Shown piece after piece: positions 54,367-64,000 of a stretch of DNA of 64,000 bases. Under the pieces are notes generated by a model, which searched no databases, was not told the origin of the DNA, and saw nothing but the letters and a program-made list of their open reading frames with translations. A program made the translations under genes and the position numbers. Within the stretch, counting starts at the first letter, position 1; every line of letters starts with the position of its first letter. The stretch comes from Octopus sinensis (lineage: Eukaryota), in NCBI RefSeq assembly GCF_006345805.1, contig NC_043002.1, forward strand, positions 17,236,001 through 17,300,000, given 5' to 3'.

Positions 54367-56279
54367 AACGAATTTTCGATGATTCGATTACTGCGCTACA
54401 GAATGATAAGACTCAAAATTCAGAAAACGGCTTGTCTTACACTTAGATGTGTGTGGCTCCAGCCTTTGATTTAGAGTGTAACAAATTAAACAGGTTAGTA
54501 AAAAGAGCCGGGTGTGTCTTTATATTACAGGATACATCGCAGAATACCTTCAGCATTGCAGGCAAATACCATGAGATTAAATTTAGCATGGTAAACAACA
54601 CTCTTGTACACCTGTAGCATTGTATTTCGCAGTGTTTGGACAGCAATAACTGTTCTCGTATTCAGGTTTAGGACAAGATTATAAATGGGAAATCTTTGAA
54701 ACGTAATGAGTTTCTATGACACGTTTGAACGGTTTATTACATAAAATGCCTTTGCGAAGTCAATAAAGATCGTACAGAATCAATTGCATTTCTCCAGATA
54801 TTTTCCATGCGTCTGATCGAAACGGACCAGCATAGCCATGGTGATTTACGTATCCGATCCTAAAAGAATGAATAAGTATATGTGCTTTGGTATATTAAAC
54901 CTGTATACATGATATAATATCAAACATGTATATTCACGTACTATATATACATACATACGTATCTATGTACATTTAGCACATATATGTGTGTAAATTTATG
55001 TGTGTGTGAATTTATCGAACAGGCTTTTGGGTGCCGATCTTCAAAGCATATCTCTGCTGATGTATACATCATGCGACACTAATACGCTCTATGGATATGG
55101 CGACATTACAAATCTAATCTCTAAAATGTAAAATATTTCCCGTCTGCCATCATGTATCAGCCGCTGGTGTTATATAAACATAATGTCTCTTACATCTTCC
55201 ACACTTCCCCGGAGAACCCGACCTTTTCTCCACATTATTACATGAGTGGACACTGTTCCATTTATAATGCACTTCATCTCCACTTACGAGGTATCTATGA
55301 CAGTTGAAATTTGCATCACACCTCCAACGTTTCTTACAGCCATTGCCTACATTCTCTAAAGCTAAGCAACTTCAATCCATGCGTCGAATAAAAGCCACGA
55401 TGACGTCTCCGCATATTTGGCATATATGTCTACAAGTGCATCATAGACTGTTTACTCTCAAGCTTATGCTGCAAACTGTGTCCCATTAATACCACCATTA
55501 TCATTAAGCAAAACAAAGAACGAAAATTATCTGCATTTACCCAGATTCATAGACTTGTCGTCTCTCTGCTTCATATCTTGACATTTCAACCGAATGGAAT
55601 GTATACAAAATAAATGTCATTCTTCATTGTAGTACTCGAAAGGAATAGCACCAGGCCTCACATACCTAGTTACATAGGTAACTAGGCAGATAAGAATACA
55701 TAGGCAATAAGAGGGAAAATTTGAGTTAGAGTCAGAACGAAAAGAAAAACCATGAGGCATGAGAATGCAAAAGGCTTTGTGCTTCACACGAAAATATATT
55801 GCATACTTAGTATAATGCTCGGATATATGAACTTGAAACAGGTAATCTGATTGGATTGAACTTGATTTATTACCAGTTCAACACAACTAATATCCACAGG
55901 GAATAAATACAGAAAACAAGGTAAGGACTTATCAGTTTGAATCAATTTTGTTTAAATTTTAATATCTAATTAATAGTTCAAACAAATTAAATACGAAACA
56001 ATTCTATGCATCGAAATATATTCCATTATATTCTAATGTCTGATGTGATTTTTGTGCCAGAAACTCATTCCTATATCTACTCTCAAATGGCTGCTATGGT
56101 TAGGTAAGCATTCGATGAACGGGATTTTGCCGTACCGAATAATTTTGGTTTGTTGTATTTTGTGACGAATAATCATACGTTACCGTTATTAATATTGTGG
56201 TATATGAGTGTTTGGTGATGTCATAGTGGAACATTTAGAGAGAAGGGTGGTATAAAATTTCAGTTTATAAATCTATACA

Positions 56280-57345
56280 TAAAGGGGGCGTGAGTTATCT
56301 GAGGACAAATTTGCGTTTTAGAAAACCATACATATAATAACAGAAAACTGTTTTAGGAATCAAAACGTTGTACGTATAAATATGGCCATCTCCTTTATAA
56401 ACTTAATCAATGAATCCACCTTCACCATCAATAACTGCTTCTTTGCGAGGTCTGAATCGTCTACATACCCGAATTAACTGGTCCTGGTTCATATCATACG
56501 TTATTTTGAAAATGGCGTCTTTCAAAGAATTACTGGTGTTATAGAGGTGTTGATTGACCTCTCTCTATAGTAGTCCGCTATAGTAGTCTAAAGGTTTGAG
56601 ATTTGGTCAGATTCAAGGCCAAATTTAAGGGGTTGTGTGGTCATAAAAATTGTCAGTCATCCATTCTTGTGTGACCTTAGAATTATGTGATGACACAGAG
56701 TCCAGCTGAAACACGGACGGCCTTCCAATGCGTACTCAATCAGTCCAGCGCTTGACAATTGTTTCCAAGACTCAGTATAGCTAGCAAAGATAACCCTAAG
56801 GCTTTGTGGAAAGAAGTGAGGAATCATCAACTCCAAATGTCATGACAGTTGCAGGGAATTTTGTGTGCATGACTATTGGAACTTTCGAAGGGTCTGAACA
56901 AAACCATCGGTCATTTTTTCTTTTAACCTCCTGGTCCTGGCCAAAGGCTTTTTCTCATCTGAGAAAAGCCACATCTTGTTACGTTCTCAATTTGCAAGTA
57001 TGTTTAATTGCCCTTTAGATCTGAGCGATCGATTTGCCTTTGTTTTTTGTTTGTGTTTTTTTTTACATCAATTTACGTCTCTTCGTCACATAAGACTAGT
57101 ACTTCATGGACAGCATTTCGGATTGTCCATTCTGACATATGAAGATTTTTTGCAATTGATTTTATAGATTTTCGGGGAATTCCGCTAAAGATCTGCAAAA
57201 CTCGTTGAATAAATTCGGGGCATCTAATGGTATTGGAGCATTAGGAATACATTTTTATATCGATACATGTGAAATATTCCTATGTGAGGCCTCTAATTAC
57301 TTGCGAATATTGTAAACGAAAGATCTATGAGCTATCGTTATCCAC
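56280..57345 (-). mobile_element. Degenerate ITm transposon, probably the maT/DD37D group
   Basis: WLFSDEK, SDPSKVPIVMHTKFPATVMTFG, VFQLDSVSSHNSKVTQEWMTDNF, IWP..PNLKPLDYY (SPDLNPLDY-type third D); ends are approximate. Confidence 0.75.
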
Positions 57346-57448
57346 TAAGTTACATGCTCAACTCTTTAAGGTCTAACAACTGACAAGCATATCTGTGGTG
57401 GTGAGCAGAATATTTGCTGTAGCCCATCTTTTATACCAAGACAAAACC

Positions 57449-57499
<51 letters not shown>

Positions 57500-58579
57500 T
57501 GATAGATAGCTATTTATATGTGTGTGTGTTTATGCACACGTATATACAAAATTATGTTTGAATATATACTACATGTATGCGTGTGTGTATGCATGCCTGT
57601 GCTTGATATTTTGATAATATATTATGTATATAGTTTTAATACACACAAGCACTTATTTTTATAAGCTTTATTTCTTGCACTACAGATGCAGTTCACTAAC
57701 GAAAATACCTGCTTCTTAATATTAGAGGAGAAAAACGTGAGAGAGCAATCGTTTGATACTATGCGCTATTTATATAACTTATGAGAAATTGCAAGAGATG
57801 AAAATTCAAAAGATGAAGCGAATGAAAGGAGTGAAGAATTTTCAATACAATACGATATAAATGATAAACATATGTATTTACTGCAACGAAAGATATTAAA
57901 ATTTCTAAAGTAACCTAAACGTTAGGAATAACCATTGCATTTGGTTTCAGTGTATGCTATAAAATGTCTGTCTCGAGAATTGAATTTCACTTTTGTCACA
58001 AAGTGTATGCAGGTTTTTTATTATTTATTTAGTCTGTCTCATGATAAAACATGACAATGCATACGTCTAAACTCAGCATCCATTAGTTCTTTTTGTAAAA
58101 AAATAGCTTAACAAAATGTATATTAAATTAATCGTATTAAGTTTGAATGATTAACAGGCTAAAGTGTAAAACTTAGTATTAAACAAAGTGAATCCATATT
58201 AGCGTCGAATTTTCCTCAGTTTTAAGTTTTCCAGAACAAACGTGGCTAGAAATCTTTTCTTCTAACTTCGAAATATGTCTTCGGTATAATAACAGCGTTT
58301 ACATTATAGCGTTTATTTCTGCCGATATATTTCGAATGTCGATCTGTAGGAGGCAATTTACGCGAGGTACATACATGTATGCATGCATGCATACATATAA
58401 TCATAGCTATATACACAAACGTACGTACATAACTGCAGAGGAACAAATAATTAATACATGCATATATATGCATACACGTAAACATACATACACACACATA
58501 CACATATATATTTATAAAATATGTATATATATATATATGATATATATTTATTTATAAATAATATATATATATATATATG

Positions 58580-58644
<65 letters not shown>

Positions 58645-59331
58645 ATGTATATGTATGTGCTTTCTTATGTATGTGTATAAATGTGTGTGCGTTCATGTAT
58701 GCGCGCGTGTGTGTGTGTGCGCGCGTGGAGAGACACATTAAAACTGGTATTATTTCAAGATTTGCTAATGTGGCATTTAGAAGGTTACACATTTTTTTCT
58801 TAATTAGCTCTCGCTTCAGGTTAACTAAACAATTAAGGCCTGATTATATCATTTTTTTTTCCTTTGTGTTTTCTATTATGCCTTTTGCTATCTCCGTGAG
58901 ATTGGTGAGCGACAATTACTCCCATTTAGTTATGTACTGTTTTTTTTTTCTACTTTCTATCTGGCTTCTTCTAACATTCATGTTCATAGCCTTCAGCTCC
59001 TAGGGGAAAATGCTGAATCAATGAATCGAAACTAATTAAGATGGTAATGAATGAATGGAATTAGACACAGAATGTAAAAGAAAAGAGAAACATAGAATAA
59101 AAAAATTCTTTGAGTGTAGGGGTTGTATATACGTATACATACGTACCTACATATATGTGTGTGTGTATATGCATATATAATATATTAATATATTATACAT
59201 GTATATAACATATCCTATATATGTATATATGTATATATGTATATGTATATAATTACATTTATGTATAATATATTACATATATATGTGTATAAATATATAT
59301 GTATATATATAGATATATCTATATCTATCCA

Positions 59332-59398
<67 letters not shown>

Positions 59399-59439
59399 TT
59401 ACATACATATATATATACACACACATCTATCTATCTTTC

Positions 59440-59470
<31 letters not shown>

Positions 59471-59494
59471 CTATATATCTATCTATCTATCTAC

Positions 59495-59542
<48 letters not shown>

Positions 59543-60106
59543 CTGTGTCTGTGTGTGTGTCTGTGTGTGTGTCTGTGTCAGTGTACATATTGATATTTTT
59601 AATAAGCTTTTGAATAGGATTAATTGAGTGAAAGTATGACTTATATATTGGAATTTAGAGAATAAAAGGTAAATAGTTCAACGAATCAAAGCGATGCATG
59701 TAGAGATAGATAAACTTTAGTTCTGTAGCAGTATTTTCTGGCCTAATTAATAAGAAGCCAAAGGCTACCGAAAATGTGTTCAATGCTAATGTTACAGGTA
59801 AATATGAGTACGGTACTGAATATATGCGTGTAGCTTCTCCCTTTTTCATGGAATAGATTCGTTTTCACTATGTTTGAGTATGTGTATGTTTAGAGAGAGA
59901 GAGAGAGAGAGAGAGGGTGTGTGTGTGACAGACATATAGACAGACAGAAAAGAACATGAATGAATACAGTTATATATAGATATATATATTCTCTCACAAG
60001 CGTTACACCCATCTTTATGTATGTACAAACACGCACGCACAAACACACAGACACACACATATATATATATATATATACTTTATTTAAAGCAGCATAAAAT
60101 TCAACA

Positions 60107-60151
60107 AAACCTGTTACTCTGAGTTTCACGTTCCCGTTCGTCGGACAGTTT
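60107..60151 (-). ncRNA. Minimal type I hammerhead motif (CCGACGA core)
   Basis: Minus strand AAA-CTGT-CCGACGA-ACG ggaa CGT-GAAA-CTC a GAG-TA-ACAG g TTT. Confidence 0.65.
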
Positions 60152-60158
60152 TTGCTAG

Positions 60159-60203
60159 AAACTATCCGACGAACGGGAACGTGAAACTCAGAGTAACAGG
60201 TTT
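60159..60203 (+). ncRNA. Minimal type I hammerhead motif, plus-strand copy
   Basis: Same motif with one stem I mismatch (CTAT/ACAG). Confidence 0.55.
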
Positions 60204-60472
60204 TGTTGAATTTTCTGCTGTTTTAGATAGCGCATATTACTCTACCACTGTTATTTGAGTACTCTTTTACCCACCTTGTTTCACATTTATGTGTTTATTC
60301 CGGTATATATATATATATATATATTGAAATTATTAATTAGAGTTTCTACGAGATACCACCATGCCGAAAATAGCAGCCATGAACCGACTCTAAAACCACC
60401 TTTAATTGTTCATATATCAACATGGAGAAAAGACAAAAACACTAGATGAAAGTAGTAAAAAATCACTGGATA

Positions 60473-60531
60473 ATTCTAGATCCTGGATTTCTGACTTTGC
60501 ATTTAGAAATACTTTGCTTCGTCAGTAGAAT
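60473..60531 (-). ncRNA. Type I hammerhead motif in a relative of the 20.5-kb element
   Basis: Minus strand ATTCTA-CTGACGA-..-GAAA-TCC a GGA-TC-TAGAAT; canonical core, 6-bp stem I, weak stem II base. Confidence 0.6.
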
Positions 60532-60555
60532 ATACTCAGAGAGAAACATAACTAC

Positions 60556-60609
<54 letters not shown>

Positions 60610-61055
60610 CAACATACGAATACATACGAATGTTTTACTGTCCTCTATTGCGTCGTTGTCCCATTATATATAATTAATGGGACATACATGCATATTTACA
60701 TGCATACATACACACATATATATGTACATATATATACATACATATATATACATGCACGCGCACACACACACACATATATGTATTTACATAAATGTTTTGT
60801 TTTCATGTCCAGCTAAAATAAAGTAAATTGTACATAAAACTGATTCGTTACGCTGTATTTTATTTCGACCATCATATAATTATTGCTCGTTAGCTTGTTA
60901 ATGATGTTTGCAATAAACATTTTAAAATTAACTTGTAAAGCCTATATAATTCTTTCGTAGTCTTTGTAGATGCGATTTGTCTTTGTTTCACCTTCATTCT
61001 ATTAAGTCTATTCGTTTGTGTAGTGTCAAATGTTATATATTATATTTACAAAAAA

Positions 61056-61286
61056 GGCGGCGAGCTGGCAGAATCGTTAGCACGCCGGGCGTAATGCGTA
61101 GCCGTATTTCGTCTGCCGTTACGTTCTGAGTTCAAATTCAGCCGTGGTTGACTTTGCCTTTCATATATTCTGGGTCAATAAATTAAGTACCAGTTCCTCT
61201 TTGGGGTCGATATAATCGACTTAATGCCTTTGTCTGTCTTTGTTTGTCCCCTCTATGTTTAGCCTCTTGTGGGCAATATAGAAATA
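61056..61286 (+). mobile_element. Family A SINE, full length
   Basis: Runs from GGCGGCGAGCTGGCAGAATCGTTAGC to GAAATA. Confidence 0.9.
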
Positions 61287-62199
61287 TGTATATTATGTTT
61301 ACAACAAAACTTATATCATATAAACTTATATCAATATCTTATTTATATACGACATATTTGCTTTCTTATTTTCGTATCAGTATATAATGCACACATATCT
61401 CGTTGGATAGAAATAATCAGTATCCCAAAATGTTATCAGATTAAATATACATAAATGAGAATAAAATATTAATTAAAAGAACACAATTTAGAAATTGAAG
61501 AGAGATTGAGGAATTAGAATATAAAACGTAGACAATCTTCTGACTGTATAATTTTCGAAATTAATTTTCTTTACACAAACTTTTCGTTCACTGCTCTGAC
61601 GCCATCATTTCGTCTCGTCTGCGTGAAAATTTATCATTTTTCCTTTCCACAGGTGAGCTGTATAATGTTTGCGGTAGTCCTTTTGTTAACTTCTTAATTT
61701 AGATTAAACTTACAGATATGCGCTGTCTTGTCTGCCAGAAAAAAGAAAACAGCACAAAATGTTTTTTGACTAATCTTGTCTTGAGATCTCACAGCAGACA
61801 CTAACTGTTTAGCGTCACAACGCTAACAATGATACAGTTCTGCAGTCTTAAGTAATTTCTGGGGAGAGTATAAGAAACCAAATAAAGTTTCTGATAAGCG
61901 AAATTCAAAATAGTCGTTTTAAATTCCCAACATACTTGAATATATAACTAAATTCATGAGTGAAGTGAGACTTATTGGATTTAGTTTCAATTCAGACACC
62001 ATCAAGAAAATATCTAAAATAAATAAATAAACCATAAGAGATGTTTTAAACATACAATAATGGCAAAACTTTTTTTTGTCCATTTATTCTAAAATCAAGT
62101 CACATTCTGGTCGGATTTTTTCTTCATTAGACAAGAATAAATAGGTGTTAAAATAGTAAACAATATTCAAATAAGAACGGTAGGATGACGATTTCAGTG

Positions 62200-62277
<78 letters not shown>

Positions 62278-62669
62278 TGTGTGTGTGTATGTGTGTGCGT
62301 GTGTGTGCGCGCATACATACATACTGGCTCCTCTGAATTTTGACTCTAAGTGTTCATGGTCTCCAGACAGAAGCCTCAACATCTACAGGCAACATTTTAA
62401 CGGAAAGAAATTCATTCGAACAAAATAGAAATTTCGTTAATGTGTAGTATGATACCCCGTGATTTTTCTTCCGACACTCAACAATAAATTCATACAAACA
62501 TACACATATGAATGTGCATATATCAATATATAAATGTTTATCTATGTATGCATTTATGTATGTGTATATGCATGTATATATGTATGCATGTATGTATGCA
62601 TGTTAGTATATACGTATGCATGCATGAACATATGCATGTATGTATGTGTGTATGTAAGTGCTACTGGTA

Positions 62670-63240
62670 ACATGTAACCCAGTACAACCTGCTGCATGGT
62701 CGGGGCGTCGGCGACCAAACCGGCAACCCCACCAGCTTGCTTGGTAAGGAGGGTATTTATTGGACACCCTGCGGAATGAAAAACAAAACCCGTCAAAGGG
62801 CGCAGGAACTCTTGAGAGTCAACGGCCATGCAATAAATCTGTAATTTTTTTTTCTTAAGGCTTAAGGCTGTATCATTCTCGGGGACATAGAAATAATCGG
62901 ACTGAATACCCGATCGGGCGGTTAAACCATTGGGAGTGAAGGACTCCTAGCATTTCTTAGGACATCCTTCTAGAAGAAGGTAACTCAGGTAACTGGGATA
63001 ACTCCGACATGAAACCTGCGGCTCAGTGGTTACCGATGATGTTGAATTGGTCTTCTTTTCGGATTATGGCTGTTGTTGCTTAGTGAGTGGGATTGACTCA
63101 GTGAACAGCCTTTCCTCACTTTAAAAACTCTTCTTGCACAGGCATTGCGCGATAACAAATTGTTCATGATTGTTGACGGTGCTGTGAGTCTCAACTGAAT
63201 GGCTGGCTGTAGCCTTAAAAAGCAAATAAAAGTCACATTC
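62670..63240 (+). mobile_element. Probable 5' region of an RTE-like LINE
   Basis: GC-richer block with CCTTTCCTCACTTT..GCACAGGCATTG and AAAACCCGTCAAAGGG, reminiscent of RTE 5' UTRs; no ORF recognised. Confidence 0.4.
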
Positions 63241-63397
63241 GATCACAGCATCAATAACCGTTAGGCTTCGTGCAATGGCCATAATCGATAACGAAGGGGC
63301 AGCCATCATGTATGTATGTATCATTTGTATCAGGGTCAATCTTAGCGTTTCCATCTGCTAAAATTTGAATATATGTTGGTGGAACATAATTTATTTA

Positions 63398-63728
63398 TTA
63401 GGTTGCCAAGAAGGTTCTTGCGGTTTTTAACACTTAAATTCAGATGCACATATCTCGGCTTAAACAAAACTTCATTAATCGAAATAAACACCATCATAAT
63501 CAACACAATTTTGCCAACGAGAAGCAAGTTTATTTATGCCGGTAACGTAAAAATACTGCCTTCCGGTGGCGATGAAGTCGTTGAAGGCGTGTTTGGTATC
63601 GTCTTGGTGTTTCAAGTATTTTTCACGCAGGAAGTAGTCGAGATGCTTGAAAAAGAGGTAGTTGGTAAGCGAGAGGTCTGGTGAGTGTGGCGGATAAGGC
63701 AGTGTTTCGTAGCCCAATTCGTTCAACT
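63398..63728 (-). mobile_element. Mariner transposase 3' fragment with one TIR
   Basis: LNELGYETLPYPPHSPDLSLTNYLFF..GINKLASRWQNCVDYDGVYFD*; TA-TTAGGTTGCC..TTGCGGTTTTT TIR at 63398. Confidence 0.9.
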
Positions 63729-63729
63729 C

Positions 63730-64000
63730 CTACTGGAGGTTATGGGCTAGATTGAAGGAGGGGAGGGGTCGGTTAGGGAAGTGGTGTGAAGTGGACGGGT
63801 CGGACTGGAGATGCCGGAAAGCTCGAAGAATGGTGCGTTGGAGAGGTAGGGTCGTGGGGTGGTAAGTGAGGGGAAAAGGGAGGCGGGAGACTACAGGGCG
63901 GGTTCGGGGGAGAGAGCAGATGCACGGTCTACGGAACGTGCTCTGGCAAGGGCGGTGTGGATAGTAGTGAGGGGGTATCCACGTAGGATGAAGTGGTGAG
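63730..64000 (-). mobile_element. Penelope-like element RT C-terminal/linker fragment (runs off the window)
   Basis: HHFILRGYP..IHTALARARSVDRASAL..RLPFSLTYHPTTLPLQRTILRAFRHLQSDP; related to 25740-26290. Confidence 0.8.

Larger units (their letters stand above)
60081..60229. repeat. ~70-bp-arm hairpin made of two divergent hammerhead motifs
   Basis: Arms are reverse complements around a short loop near 60152-60158. Confidence 0.92.

Noticed and set aside
55541-55584. Minus-strand ATG-initiated mini-exon MSRYEAERRQVYES followed by GTAAAT
   Set aside because: Too short, weak donor site, no recognisable homology or partner exon
62690-62775. Possible HDV-like ribozyme at the 5' end of the RTE-like block
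   Set aside because: Only simple hairpins were found; the nested double pseudoknot could not be assembled

Overview
AT-rich, microsatellite-saturated animal DNA. The SINE families and repeat landscape point to an octopus (coleoid cephalopod) intergenic or intronic region; this is an inference. No intact host protein-coding gene can be supported, and nearly all listed ORFs are simple-repeat artefacts. The window holds ~20 tRNA-derived SINEs of 3-4 families, fossils of CR1/L2-type, R4/Dong-type, RTE-like and Penelope-like (PLE) retroelements, two near-full-length mariners of one family, other mariner/Tc1/maT relics, a composite non-autonomous Helitron and a tRNA-Leu(CAA) pseudogene. The most notable signal is a dense set (~12-14) of type I hammerhead ribozyme (HHR) motifs in short non-coding elements. 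They include (i) a diverged pair at 24.3 and 30.35 kb with a compensatory U3-A8 core, covarying stems and Schistosoma-type stem I bulge/loop II geometry, (ii) back-to-back HHR pairs inside near-perfect inverted repeats at 20.5-21.1 kb and 60.1-60.2 kb, and (iii) a Pol III tRNA-like head joined to an HHR at 32.7-33.05 kb. All folds were read by eye and no activity is demonstrated.
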